Source: an uncultured delta proteobacterium (GTDB lineage Bacteria > Desulfobacterota > Binatia > Binatales > Binataceae). Taken from it: a stretch of 64,000 nucleotides of DNA. Below are positions 29,440 through 39,761 of the stretch, in pieces (position 1 is the first letter of the stretch; each line of letters opens with the position of its first letter). Location of the stretch: the NCBI GenBank assembly GCA_963724765.1, contig CAVRVY010000004.1:288001-352000 (forward strand), read 5' to 3'. The position numbers and the translations under genes were made by a program. The notes below the pieces were generated by a model. The model saw only the letters and a program-made list of their open reading frames with translations. It did no database searches and was not told the origin of the DNA.

Positions 29440-31497
29440 ATGTCGAACTCGGCCCAATCGTTGTCCGACGAACGGCAGGTTTCCGGGGTCCATCTGGTAG
29501 GCAGTGTTCCGCTTGCGGATGCCGACCAGGTGTTTCGAAGGGTAAGTGCGGATCTCGGCGACCGACTAAGACGCATCCCAGATGGCGAGACCGGTCCGCG
29601 AGCGGACTGGATCATCTGGCAGTATCCGGTTCTCAGTTCGCGGCCGGAGTTCGAGATCTGCCCTCCCGGGCCGGACCATTATCGGGCGCTGCCGAGGCTG
29701 CGTCTTGGTGAAGGTGTCTCGGCCGCGGATATCGCCTTCGAACGGCTCGGCTACGCACAAACGGCGGTCGCGTCTTACCGCTTATTCGCAACCCTCAAGC
29801 GTGACGGAGTAGTGCCGGGGCATTGCCGCTTCCAGGTCTCGTTGCCCACTCCGCTGGCGCCCATCAGCGCCTTCGTTGCGAGCGACGCCCAGAGCGCCGT
29901 CGAGCCGGTCTATGAAGCCAGGATGCTGGAAGAGGTGGCGCTGATCATACAAGCGATTCCGGCCGATCAACTTGCTATTCAATGGGATACGAATGTCGAG
30001 TTTGCGATGCTGGAGGGCTCGGTCCCGGCATGGTTCGAGGACGTGCGCGGGGGCATCATGGAAAGGCTATTGCGCCTGAGCCGCCGCATACCGCCCCCGG
30101 TCGAACTGGGTTATCACCTGTGTTATGGCGACGGCCGCCATCGCCACACCGCCGCCAAAGACGCGCGCAAGCTGGTTGAAATCGCAAACGCGCTCAGCGC
30201 CAGTCTGGACCGACCGCTGAACTGGTTGCACATGCCGGTGCCCGCGCGGGCCGAGGAGTCCTACTTCGCGCCGATGGCTAACTTGATACTGCGTCCGGAG
30301 ACCGAACTTTATCTCGGGATAATTGATCCGTCGGACGGACTCGAGGGCGCGTTCGGGCGGATCGGGATGGCCCGGTCTTTCGTTGACGGGTTCGGAGCCT
30401 CCACGGTGTGCGGATGGGGGCGGCAACCCGAGCGGATCGTTCCTGACCTGATCAAGCTGCACGCCGCGGTTGCACGACCCGTGGTCTCGTCCACGGACCC
30501 GCACGTATCGTTCTTATGGCCGAGCGGCTTCGATCGAATACCTGACGAGGATTGGACTCATCAGCCGGTGGAACGTTTCGGCCTCGCCTATGACAAGGTC
30601 GAGCGGCACAGTTGGTACCGGAACCTCGATCCGATCGTCGAGGACCTTGCCGGCAATCTGAAAGAAAACGACATCATGGTGGATTATTCGGGCGGCACCG
30701 GGATCCTCCTCGATCGCCTGAAGTTGAGGATTTTCGACCGCGGCGCCGGCATCCTTATCGTCGACAGCTCGCCCCGGTTTTTACGGGTCGCGGTCGAGAA
30801 ATTCGCCGCCGACCCCCGCGTTGCCTTCCGCCTGCTGCGCTTCCTGAAAGAGGAAAAACGCCTCCAGCGAATCAACGAGGTGCTGAGCCCGTCGCTGCTC
30901 GAGCGCGGAGTTGACAAAATTGCATGCACCAACGCCGTCCATCTCTATACTGATTTCGAGGATACCGCTTGCGCATGGGCTTCCGTGTTGCGGCCCGGCG
31001 GTAAGTTGTTCCTCAATTCCGGAAACATCCGTAACCCTCGCGCGAAGCCTAATCAGTGGATCCTCGATGAAACCGTATGGGTCATTAATGACCTTGCGGA
31101 GGGTATCGTCAGGAGCGATCCCCGCTACGCGGCGTATCGATCCATCCTCGACGACGGAGAACGCATGGAGGCGCATAGCGCGTTTCGAAATCGAGTGTTC
31201 GTCGATCCTCGGCGGCTCGACTTCTATCTGAACACCCTGCGAAGCGCCGGCTTTCAGATCGAGGCAGTGACGGAACACAACATCCGCGCCCGCGTTGACG
31301 ACTGGTACGAATTTTTGAGTGCCTACCATGACGCAGTCCTGGGATGGGTCGGCGGCAATGAGAAAGTCGACGGCCGGGCGCCGGCCGCGGAGGCTATCGC
31401 CGACAGGCTCTCACTAATCCGACAGGCAATAGATACTCTGTTCGGCGGCCGCACGGAGTTCGATGCCTGCTGGACCTATATCAACTGCACGCGTTGA
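29440..31497 (+). CDS. Fusion: cobalamin-independent methionine synthase-like (MetE-type) barrel + class I SAM methyltransferase
   Basis: HLVGSVP…IPDGETG, QWD, GYHLCYGD, CGWGR; then VDYSGGTG, NAVHLY, LRPGGK. Confidence 0.72.
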   Translation: MSNSAQSLSDERQVSGVHLVGSVPLADADQVFRRVSADLGDRLRRIPDGETGPRADWIIWQYPVLSSRPEFEICPPGPDHYRALPRLRLGEGVSAADIAFERLGYAQTAVASYRLFATLKRDGVVPGHCRFQVSLPTPLAPISAFVASDAQSAVEPVYEARMLEEVALIIQAIPADQLAIQWDTNVEFAMLEGSVPAWFEDVRGGIMERLLRLSRRIPPPVELGYHLCYGDGRHRHTAAKDARKLVEIANALSASLDRPLNWLHMPVPARAEESYFAPMANLILRPETELYLGIIDPSDGLEGAFGRIGMARSFVDGFGASTVCGWGRQPERIVPDLIKLHAAVARPVVSSTDPHVSFLWPSGFDRIPDEDWTHQPVERFGLAYDKVERHSWYRNLDPIVEDLAGNLKENDIMVDYSGGTGILLDRLKLRIFDRGAGILIVDSSPRFLRVAVEKFAADPRVAFRLLRFLKEEKRLQRINEVLSPSLLERGVDKIACTNAVHLYTDFEDTACAWASVLRPGGKLFLNSGNIRNPRAKPNQWILDETVWVINDLAEGIVRSDPRYAAYRSILDDGERMEAHSAFRNRVFVDPRRLDFYLNTLRSAGFQIEAVTEHNIRARVDDWYEFLSAYHDAVLGWVGGNEKVDGRAPAAEAIADRLSLIRQAIDTLFGGRTEFDACWTYINCTR

Positions 31498-31555
31498 CCG
31501 GTGCGGCGAATCGAATCTGCCAGGCTATCGAGAAACATAAAAATCGCTTCGCGTC

Positions 31556-31657
31556 GATCCTGCACACTTCGGTAACCCTTGTTCAGGATGACAGCAAAAA
31601 GGCGCCCTTTCTGTCATCCTGAGCGTCAGCGAAGGATCTCCGCGAAGCGATGGATCT
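31556..31657. repeat. REP-like palindromic element pair
   Basis: ttcaggatgacag…ctgtcatcctgagcgtcagcgaaggatct inverted arrangement. Confidence 0.65.
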
Positions 31658-31759
31658 TTTTCCCAGCATTTATCAACACCCGGCTCCAGGCCCAGGTTTT
31701 CTCTTCTGTAGGGGCCGCTGGGGAGCGGCTCTCTTTGAACAAGACACGATTTGGCGGAT

Positions 31760-32500
31760 ATGCTTGCGTCGGTGAACGCCGAATCGCCGCCGCCGCGATC
31801 GAGAAGGGCGAACAAGGCCGCCGACCTCGCCGCCGCGCGAAGCCATCGCGCGGCGCGGCCCAAGGTCGCCGTCGATACCGTGGTGTTCGCGGTCGAGGGC
31901 GGCCGGCTCAGGACCTATCTCGTGCAGTTGCGCCGCGGCGCGGTGCGTGGGCGATGGGCCTTTGCCGGCGGCCTGGTGCGGATGGGCGAAATGCTCGACG
32001 AGGCGGCACATCGCGAGCTTTTCGCCTCGACCGGTATCCGCGAGGCCTACCTGGAGCAACTGTTCACCTTCGGCGACCCCTCGCGCGACCCGCGCGCCCA
32101 CGTCGTTTCGGTAGCCTACATGGCGCTTATCGCGGACGCGCGAAGCGCGGCGGCGCCGGGCGGCAAGTACCTGGACGGGCGTTGGTTCGAGGTTTCGGCA
32201 TTGCCGGCGCTTGCGTATGATCATCAACAGATGGCGCAATACGCGCTCGGAAGGCTCAAGGCGAAACTCGAGTACACCAATATCGCCTGTAACCTGTTGC
32301 CTGAGACCTTCACCTTCGCCGAGCTGGAGGCGTTGTACGCGATGATCCTGAAGCGGCCGATTGACCGGCGCAATTTTCGCCGGCGGATTCTCTCGATGGG
32401 AATCCTGCGCCGGCTGCCGGCCACGCGCCGCGGCGCCCATCGCCCGGCCGCGCTTTACAGTTTTGTCCGGCGCGACCCACAGGTCGTGGAAATGCTATAG
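31760..32500 (+). CDS. nrtR: NrtR Nudix-related transcriptional regulator
   Basis: Degenerate Nudix box (GG.V..GE.LDEAAHREL), LEQLFTF..RDPR, LAYDH, wHTH with FT..EL, NFRRRIL, HRPA.LY. Confidence 0.88.
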   Translation: MLASVNAESPPPRSRRANKAADLAAARSHRAARPKVAVDTVVFAVEGGRLRTYLVQLRRGAVRGRWAFAGGLVRMGEMLDEAAHRELFASTGIREAYLEQLFTFGDPSRDPRAHVVSVAYMALIADARSAAAPGGKYLDGRWFEVSALPALAYDHQQMAQYALGRLKAKLEYTNIACNLLPETFTFAELEALYAMILKRPIDRRNFRRRILSMGILRRLPATRRGAHRPAALYSFVRRDPQVVEML

Positions 32501-32515
32501 TGATGCGAGTAATGG

Positions 32516-32962
32516 GTGAGCATCATGTCCAAGACCAAAAACCCGCTGCCAGACGGCAAGCAGCGAAGCAAACCAAGATGGATCGTCGCGGCCGTGGCCA
32601 CGGCGGTGATCCTGTTGGTCGGCGTGGGCGCGTGGACGATGCGCTCGGCGGCTGACCCGGCGGCCGCGACCGCCAAGAGCGAGCGCGTGACACTGGATCC
32701 CGCGCGCTTCACGGGGGCGGCGCGTCAGGCCTATGAGGTCGCGGCGAAAAATCCGGCGCTGCTCGCGCAGCTTCATTGCTACTGCGGGTGCGACAAGGAA
32801 ATCGGTCATCAGAACCTGCTCGACTGCTATCGCGACGAGCACGGCGGACATTGCCCGATCTGCACCGGCGAAGCGCTCGAGGCTGCCAAGCTGGCGGACG
32901 AGGGGTTGCCGGTCGAACAGATCCGCCGCGTTCTACGCGATCATTACGCGCAGGGGAATTGA
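32516..32962 (+). CDS. PCYCGC-motif-like membrane-anchored protein
   Basis: TM helix, HCYCGC, H.NLLDCY, HGGHCPIC. Confidence 0.8.
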   Translation: MSIMSKTKNPLPDGKQRSKPRWIVAAVATAVILLVGVGAWTMRSAADPAAATAKSERVTLDPARFTGAARQAYEVAAKNPALLAQLHCYCGCDKEIGHQNLLDCYRDEHGGHCPICTGEALEAAKLADEGLPVEQIRRVLRDHYAQGN

Positions 32963-32965
32963 CGC

Positions 32966-33577
32966 TTGGCGGGTCTGGTCTCGGTTTACATCCAGCACTT
33001 CACTTACGCTGGATTGCTGGTGGTCCTGATACTGTGCGGGATGGGCCTGCCGATTCCCGAGGACGTGGCGCTGCTCGCGGGCGGTTTCCTGGTCCATCGC
33101 GGAGTCATCCAGTACCCGACGACGCTGGTGGTCGCGCTGGTGGGCGTGGTCGCGGGCGACAACTCGTTGTTTTTCCTGGGCCGGCGTTTCGGAACCGGGC
33201 TGGTCAAGTACCTCGGCATCGGACGGCCCCGCTCGCAACGCCAGATCGATTGGCTCAAGCGTTTCATGCAGCGTTACGGCCATCGGGCGATCTTCTACGC
33301 GCGCTTCGTCGCCGGCCTGCGCGCGCTGGTCTATCTAACGGCCGGATCGTTTGGTGTAAAACCGCTGCGGTTTTTTCTGTACGATTTGGCCGGCGCGGTG
33401 ATCTCGGTGCCGATCGTGGTCACGCTCGGCTATCTCTTCGGCAACGAGATCGAGGTGGTGCTGCATTATATCGGCGGGATCGAAAAACTGGTGTGGCTGG
33501 TGGTGGCGCTCTCGCTCGGCGTTATCGCGATGCGGATGCTGATGTTTACGCGCGAACGGGGGCAAACCCCGACCTAA
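32966..33577 (+). CDS. DedA family membrane protein
   Basis: GLPIPED, GDN..F.LGR, ARFV.GLR. Confidence 0.92.
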   Translation: MAGLVSVYIQHFTYAGLLVVLILCGMGLPIPEDVALLAGGFLVHRGVIQYPTTLVVALVGVVAGDNSLFFLGRRFGTGLVKYLGIGRPRSQRQIDWLKRFMQRYGHRAIFYARFVAGLRALVYLTAGSFGVKPLRFFLYDLAGAVISVPIVVTLGYLFGNEIEVVLHYIGGIEKLVWLVVALSLGVIAMRMLMFTRERGQTPT

Positions 33578-33688
33578 TCCATGCCAGCCGCGCTCGTGCG
33601 CATGCCCGCCTGCTTCTTTCGCCCAGGCGTTGCCGTGCACCGGCGGACTTGAAAATTATCGATCACCGATCCTCTGTCTACCAGGGAA

Positions 33689-35152
33689 ATGAGACTTCCG
33701 GCGCTTAATCTTAAAGCCAAGCTGATGGCACTGATGGTGGTGCTGCTGGGGTTGACGCTCGGCGCCGAGCTGATGGTCAGCCTCAACACCCAAAACCGCA
33801 TCGTGGAGGCGACCCAGGACAACGTCAAGGAACTCGCAAGCGCGATCCAGATCAGCGTGCAGGAGCTGACCTCGGTCGGCACGTTCGATCGCGATCGCCT
33901 GCAAAACTACGTCAACTCGCTGCACAACAACGGACTCGAAGTCTCGATTGCCTCGAGCAAGGACCTGATCATCAACAGCTCCAACCCGGCGCTGATCGGC
34001 GAGGCGATCAACCGCGGCGCGGTCCACGTCGTGGCGGCGCAAAACGCAACGCGCGGCGGCGACCCGCTCTCAGTGCCGGCCTTCACCGTCGGCCCGGCCG
34101 GCGAGCAGACCGTCTACCTGATCCCGGTCGAAGTTGAAGACCACCTGCTCGGCTACGTCCAGGTGGTGGCTGACTTCGCAGATTTTGCGCGGCCGCTGGA
34201 GGAGCATCGCATCCACCTGTTGACGGTGGCCCTGGCGATCTTCGCGATCGGGCTGGTGTTCTCCTACGTGCTGGCCGATCGCTACGTCGAACCGATCCAC
34301 GCGGTCGCCGCCGCCGCACAGAACATCGCCGCGCGCGGCCTCGAACCGGTGCCAGAGGCGCACCGGCGCGACGAGATCGGGCTGCTCACGCGCAGCTTCA
34401 ACGAGATGGTCGACCAGTTGCGCCGCGCGCGCGAGCGCGAGGCCGAACTCAACCGGCTGGAGCGTTTCACCGCGCTCGGCCAGCTCGCCGGCGCGTTGGC
34501 GCACGAGATCAAGAATCCGCTGAATTTCATCAGCCTCGCGATCGACCAGCTACGCGCCCGCTACGCGCCGCAACTGCAAAACGACCAGGATAATTATCGC
34601 CGCCAGCTGGCAATCATGAAGGACGAGGTCCATCGCCTCTCCGAGCTGATCCAGAGCTTCCTCAACTACGGCCGCCCGATCGAGATCCATCCCGCACCCA
34701 CCGACGTGCGCGCACTGGTCGACAACGTGCTGGAGCTCTCGGACTCCAAGCTGCGCAGCCAATCGATTCACGCACTCAAGCGAGGCGCCGAGGCGCCCGT
34801 GGTACTCAACGTCGACGCGGAGAAGCTTCATGCCTGTTTCATCAACGTAGTGGCGAACGCGATTCAGGCGATGCCCGAGGGCGGAGAACTCAGCGTCGCG
34901 TTCAAGCGCGACAGCGACAACGAGGTGATAACCTTCTCTGACACTGGCGCGGGCATCGACCCCGAAGTCGCCAGCCACGTCTTCGAGCCGTTCTTCACCA
35001 CCAAGCGCGAAGGTATCGGCCTCGGCCTGTTCTTCTCGCGTGCGATCGTCGAGCGCCACGGCGGCACGATCACGATCGGCTCCAACCCGGCCGGACGCGG
35101 CACCACGGTGACTTTCATCCTGCCGCTCGGCGCACTAGGTAGACATACATGA
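33689..35152 (+). CDS. HAMP-domain sensor histidine kinase
   Basis: Two TM helices, HAMP, AHEIKNPL, FEPFFTTK..GIGLGL. Confidence 0.95.
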   Translation: MRLPALNLKAKLMALMVVLLGLTLGAELMVSLNTQNRIVEATQDNVKELASAIQISVQELTSVGTFDRDRLQNYVNSLHNNGLEVSIASSKDLIINSSNPALIGEAINRGAVHVVAAQNATRGGDPLSVPAFTVGPAGEQTVYLIPVEVEDHLLGYVQVVADFADFARPLEEHRIHLLTVALAIFAIGLVFSYVLADRYVEPIHAVAAAAQNIAARGLEPVPEAHRRDEIGLLTRSFNEMVDQLRRAREREAELNRLERFTALGQLAGALAHEIKNPLNFISLAIDQLRARYAPQLQNDQDNYRRQLAIMKDEVHRLSELIQSFLNYGRPIEIHPAPTDVRALVDNVLELSDSKLRSQSIHALKRGAEAPVVLNVDAEKLHACFINVVANAIQAMPEGGELSVAFKRDSDNEVITFSDTGAGIDPEVASHVFEPFFTTKREGIGLGLFFSRAIVERHGGTITIGSNPAGRGTTVTFILPLGALGRHT

Positions 35153-36570
35153 GCCAACCGTCGGTACTGGTGGTCGAGGACAACGACCTGGAGCGGCAAG
35201 TAACCGTCGAGACGCTGCGCGAGGAAGGCTTCCTGGTCGACGAAGCGCCCAATGGCAAGCGCGCGATGGAGCAGCTCGCGCTGGGCAGCTTCGACGTCGT
35301 GCTGACGGACCTGATGATGCCCGGGATGACCGGCGAGGAGTTGCTCGCCGCCGTGCGCCAGGCCTATCCGGGCAGCCAGGTCGTGCTGCTGACCGCGCAC
35401 GGCACTATCGAGAGCGCGGTCAAGGCGACCAAGAGCGGCGCCTTCGAATATCTGACCAAACCGACCGACCGTGAGAAGCTGGTGATGACGGTCGGCAAGG
35501 CGGCCGAGTTCGCGAGCCTCACGCAGGAGAACATCCTGTTGCGCACGCGGCTTGAAGGCAAATTCCAGGTCGAGGGCATCATCGGGCAGCATCCCGCGAT
35601 CGAGGACGTCATCCGCGTGGTGCGCAAGGTCGCGCCATCGTATTCGACGGTGCTGATCCAGGGCGAGAGCGGCACCGGCAAGGAGGTCATCGCGCGCGCA
35701 ATCCACAAGCTGTCGCCGCGCGGGACACGCCCCTTTGTGGCGATCAACTGCTCGGCGATTCCCGACAGCCTGATCGAAAACGAACTGTTCGGCCACGAGC
35801 GCGGAGCCTTTACCGGAGCCAACGAGCGCAAGATCGGGCTCATCGAAAGCGCCGACAAGTCGACGCTCTTCCTCGACGAGATCGCCGACCTCAACATCGG
35901 CCTGCAGGCCAAAATTCTGCGCGTGCTTCAGGAGCGCGAGTTGCGTCGCGTGGGCAGCAACGAATCCATCCGGGTCGACGTGCGCCTGGTCGCCGCCACC
36001 AACCGCGACCTGTCCGAAGAGGTCGCCCAGGGGCGCTTTCGCGAGGACCTCTACTACCGCATCAACGTCGTCACCATCACCCTGCCGCCGCTGCGCGATC
36101 GCCGCTCGGACATCCCGTTGCTGGCGGAAAACGCGCTCAAGAACCGTTTCGCCCACCTCGCGCAGAACCGGGTCAAGGAGATCAGCCGCGAGGCGATGGA
36201 GGTGCTGCTCGACTATTCGTGGCCGGGCAACGTGCGCCAGCTCGAATCAGCGATCGAACGCGCCCTGCTCCTGTGCGAGGGCGAGCGCATCATGCCCAAG
36301 GACCTGCCGCAGGAAGTCCTGGCGCGCAAGATGCCCGCCCGCGCCGCCGAGCGCGCGCGCGTAGAGCGCTTCGAGATGCCCGCCGAGGGAATCAATTTCG
36401 AGAATCTCGAGCGCGACCTTATTCTGCAAGCGATGGAACGCGCGGAGTGGGTGATCGCCAAGGCGGCCAAGATGCTCGGCATGAGCTATCGCACGCTGCA
36501 GTACCGGCTGGACAAGTTCGGGATCAAGAAACCCGACGGACGCTCGCAGCCAGCCGACATCAAAGCTTGA
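35149..36570 (+). CDS. Sigma54-dependent response regulator (NtrC/AtoC/PilR family)
   Basis: Receiver domain, [24 protein letters not shown], Fis-type HTH. Confidence 0.96.
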   Translation: MSQPSVLVVEDNDLERQVTVETLREEGFLVDEAPNGKRAMEQLALGSFDVVLTDLMMPGMTGEELLAAVRQAYPGSQVVLLTAHGTIESAVKATKSGAFEYLTKPTDREKLVMTVGKAAEFASLTQENILLRTRLEGKFQVEGIIGQHPAIEDVIRVVRKVAPSYSTVLIQGESGTGKEVIARAIHKLSPRGTRPFVAINCSAIPDSLIENELFGHERGAFTGANERKIGLIESADKSTLFLDEIADLNIGLQAKILRVLQERELRRVGSNESIRVDVRLVAATNRDLSEEVAQGRFREDLYYRINVVTITLPPLRDRRSDIPLLAENALKNRFAHLAQNRVKEISREAMEVLLDYSWPGNVRQLESAIERALLLCEGERIMPKDLPQEVLARKMPARAAERARVERFEMPAEGINFENLERDLILQAMERAEWVIAKAAKMLGMSYRTLQYRLDKFGIKKPDGRSQPADIKA

Positions 36571-36584
36571 GTGGCGCGCTGCGC

Positions 36585-36941
36585 TCAGGCCGTGGTCCCG
36601 AGCAGCGCCGGCGTGGGAAGATAAACCCAGCATCGGAGCGCCGCGCCACTTCCAGCGTCCGCTACTTCGATTTTCACCCGCGTATACAGCCGCGGTAATT
36701 CCTCGTAACGATCGAGCACGGCGAAGTCGTGCGCGCCAAGTCCGCTCAGCACGACTCCCGGGGTCTCGGCCCCCGTGCACTCGACGATATAGAAATAGCG
36801 GCCGCGCCGGCGCTCGTAGCCCTTAAGCCGCGCCGGAGTTGCGGCGACCTCGCGCCCTAGCAACGCGGCGCGATGCGCCGGGTCAAGTAGCGAACCGTAG
36901 ACAAACAGGGCTTCATCGCTATCCGCATCCGATGTGCTCAT
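36585..36941 (-). CDS. Gamma-glutamylcyclotransferase family protein
   Basis: LFVYGSL, LDRYE..LY.R, WVY. Confidence 0.85.
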   Translation of the reverse strand: MSTSDADSDEALFVYGSLLDPAHRAALLGREVAATPARLKGYERRRGRYFYIVECTGAETPGVVLSGLGAHDFAVLDRYEELPRLYTRVKIEVADAGSGAALRCWVYLPTPALLGTTA

Positions 36942-37028
36942 CGCAATCTTCTCCCGCGCGGCGTCGCGACCCGGTTGCCGCGCCCCGCGGCTTCACCTAC
37001 GCTTTCGGCGTTGGGCCGCGGCTAAACG

Positions 37029-37787
37029 ATGGGTCAAGCCTTCAAACGTTTCCTCGAACAACTCGGCGACATCGGTCTGCTGACCCGCGAATGCGTTCGC
37101 CAGGCGCTCAGCCGCCCGTTCGAGGGCGGCCTGCTGATAGATCAGCTCGACAGCGTCGGCGTGCGCTCGCTCAACGTCGTCAATCTTACCGCAATCTTTA
37201 CCGGGATGGTGTTGGCGCTGCAGATGGGGCAGTTCCTCGCCCGCTTCGGCGCCAAGATTTATATCAGCCGCATCATGGGACTGTCGCTGTTTCGCGAGAT
37301 GGGCCCGGTGCTGACCGCGCTGATGATCGGCGCGCGCGTCGGCGCCGGCATCACGGCCGAGCTGGGCAGCATGAAAGTCACCGAGCAGATAGACGCGATG
37401 CGTGCGCTGGCGACCAGTCCAGTCAAAAAACTGGTGGTGCCGCGGGTGCTGGCGACGGTGCTGATGCTGCCGGTGTTGACTGTCATCTCGGACGCGGTCG
37501 GACTGGTCGGCGGGCTGATAATCGCGGTCACCCAGCTCGGAATCGGCGCCGGGTATTTCTTTACCTCGATGATACAAAACACGCGGCTGGGCGATCTGAC
37601 GAGCGGGCTTGGCAAGGCGGTGTTCTTCGGCTACCTCATCTCGATCATCGCGTGCAGCAAGGGACTCGGCGCAAGCGGCGGCGCCGACGGCGTGGGGCGC
37701 GCGACGACCTCAGCGGTGGTGGCGGCATCGATCGGCGTGCTGGTGTCGGATTTCTTTCTGACCAAGCTGTTCATGGCGATCGGATGA
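37029..37787 (+). CDS. mlaE: MlaE-family ABC permease
   Basis: REMGPVLTA, AELGSMKVTEQIDA, GVGRATT.AVV. Confidence 0.93.
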   Translation: MGQAFKRFLEQLGDIGLLTRECVRQALSRPFEGGLLIDQLDSVGVRSLNVVNLTAIFTGMVLALQMGQFLARFGAKIYISRIMGLSLFREMGPVLTALMIGARVGAGITAELGSMKVTEQIDAMRALATSPVKKLVVPRVLATVLMLPVLTVISDAVGLVGGLIIAVTQLGIGAGYFFTSMIQNTRLGDLTSGLGKAVFFGYLISIIACSKGLGASGGADGVGRATTSAVVAASIGVLVSDFFLTKLFMAIG

Positions 37788-38530
37788 AAGACGAGGCGCG
37801 TCCGTACATCAGCGTGCGCGGGCTGTGCAAGAGCTTCAACGGCAAGCCCATTCTGCAGGGCGTTGACTTCGACGTTCACCAGGGCGAGACGCTGGTGGTG
37901 CTGGGCGGCAGCGGCGAGGGCAAGAGCGTGATTTTGCGCCACTTAAACGGCCTGATCGCGCCCGACCGCGGCGAAGTCTGGATCGACGGGCGCTCGCTCG
38001 ACGGGCTGGATGAAAACCAGCTCTACGACGTGCGTCGGAAGGTGGCGATGGTCTTTCAGCTCGGCGCGCTGTTCGACTCGCAGACGGTATACGGCAACAT
38101 CAGCTACCCGCTGCGCGAGCACGGCGCGCTCACCGAGCCGCAGATCGCCGCGCGCGTCGCCGAGCTGCTTGCGATGGTCGATCTGAAGGGCACCGAGCGG
38201 CTTTTTCCGGCGGAGCTGTCGGGTGGGATGAAGAAGCGGGTCGCGCTGGCGCGAGCGATCGCGCTGGAGCCGCGCGCGGTGCTCTATGACGAACCGACCA
38301 CCGGACTCGATCCGATCGTAACCCTGCACATCAACGAGCTGATCCGCGGCATGCAGCAGCGGCTCGGGTTCACCTCCGTGGTGGTGACGCATGATCTCAA
38401 AAGCGCATTCACGGTGGGCGACCGTTTCGCCCTGCTCGATCATGGGCGCATACGTTTTTCGGGAACCGCGCAAGAAGTGCGCAGTACGCGCGACGAACTG
38501 ATGCAGCAGTTTCTCAAGGCCGCGTTCTGA
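37784..38530 (+). CDS. mlaF: MlaF-family ABC ATPase
   Basis: GGSGEGKS, LSGGMKKR, YDEPTTGLDP; ATGA overlap with mlaE. Confidence 0.93.
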   Translation: MKDEARPYISVRGLCKSFNGKPILQGVDFDVHQGETLVVLGGSGEGKSVILRHLNGLIAPDRGEVWIDGRSLDGLDENQLYDVRRKVAMVFQLGALFDSQTVYGNISYPLREHGALTEPQIAARVAELLAMVDLKGTERLFPAELSGGMKKRVALARAIALEPRAVLYDEPTTGLDPIVTLHINELIRGMQQRLGFTSVVVTHDLKSAFTVGDRFALLDHGRIRFSGTAQEVRSTRDELMQQFLKAAF

Positions 38531-38567
38531 TTCGGGCGCGCGGGCCGTTATCAAGAGGATTTAGACC

Positions 38568-39758
38568 ATGGCGGAACAGAGCAGTCATTCACTGCGCGTG
38601 GGTATCGTGATGGTCGCCGCAATCGCGATCCTGGCGGGCGCGATCTTTTCGATCGGCGGGGGGCTGCGATGGCTCAGCGGCAGCGAGGAGCTGAGAGTGC
38701 ATTTCCAGCGCGTCAACGGCCTCCAGACCGGGGCGCCGGTTTATCTCTCCGGCGTGAACATCGGCTCGGTGGCCTCGATCCGGTTCCCCGATGACCGGCG
38801 CGCCAACTACGTCGTCGTGCGGCTAAGAATCGAGGCCAACGCGGTCGCGCGCGTGCGTACCGACTCGGTCGCAAAAATAGAATCGCTCGGATTGCTGGGC
38901 GACAAATTCCTGCTGCTGACGGCGGGCTCGCCCGATGCGCCCTCGGTACAAGGCAACGCTCTGCTGCTGAGCCAGGACCCGGTTAACTATGCGGCGCTGC
39001 TGCAGGCCCGCGGCACTGGCGACCTGGTGGCCAACGTGCTCGCGATCTCCAACTCGATGCGCCAGTTGCTCGACACGGTCAACCAGGGCAACGGCATCCT
39101 TGCCGAGCTTATCAGAGGCCCCTCCAATCCAAAGGAAAAGACGCTCACCCTGGAGTCGATCAGAGAGACGCTGGACAACCTCCAGACACTGACCGACAAA
39201 CTCGACCTCGCGGTCGATCGCGTCGACCGCGGCCAGGGCGTGATCGGCGCGATGCTCAGTCCCGAGACCAACGGCAAGCGCGTGGTGGCGAACATCGCTA
39301 ACGCGGCGGACTCGATGCGCACGGCCTCGGCAAATCTCGAGGAGACCTCGCTTCAGCTTCACGACCTGGTAGCGCGGATGGACCGCGCCCACGGTCTGCT
39401 GCCGCAGTTGATGGAAGACCAGAAGTACGCGGGCCAGGTGATGCGCGATCTGCACCGCTCTTCGGAGGACATGCGCGAGGTGCTCGACAAGATCAACAGC
39501 CGGCAAGGAACGCTCGGCCTGTTGGTCAACGATCCTGCGCTCTACGACAAAACCACCAACCTGGTGAGCGCGAGTGGATGGGGCTTCTCGCTGTTCAGGG
39601 GCGCCTACAGCCTGACGCATCCGTTCAGCACCACGGCCTCGCCGAGCTATGCGCCCGCGCCACCGTCCGAATCGACTAATTATAGCCCCGCGGTCAACAG
39701 CGCATCATCCGCGGCCGGGCCGAATCCCGCGCCACCGGCCACCTCGCAGCCGAACTGA
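38568..39758 (+). CDS. mlaD: MlaD/MCE-domain protein with long helical tail
   Basis: N-terminal TM, GL..GAPV.LSGV.IG.V, GLLGDK. Confidence 0.9.
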   Translation: MAEQSSHSLRVGIVMVAAIAILAGAIFSIGGGLRWLSGSEELRVHFQRVNGLQTGAPVYLSGVNIGSVASIRFPDDRRANYVVVRLRIEANAVARVRTDSVAKIESLGLLGDKFLLLTAGSPDAPSVQGNALLLSQDPVNYAALLQARGTGDLVANVLAISNSMRQLLDTVNQGNGILAELIRGPSNPKEKTLTLESIRETLDNLQTLTDKLDLAVDRVDRGQGVIGAMLSPETNGKRVVANIANAADSMRTASANLEETSLQLHDLVARMDRAHGLLPQLMEDQKYAGQVMRDLHRSSEDMREVLDKINSRQGTLGLLVNDPALYDKTTNLVSASGWGFSLFRGAYSLTHPFSTTASPSYAPAPPSESTNYSPAVNSASSAAGPNPAPPATSQPN

Positions 39759-39761
39759 TGA

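Noticed and set aside
36839-37783. N-terminal half of the 563-aa ORF fused to the ABC ATPase
   Set aside because: Off-frame overlap with mlaE; the true mlaF start is ATG 37784
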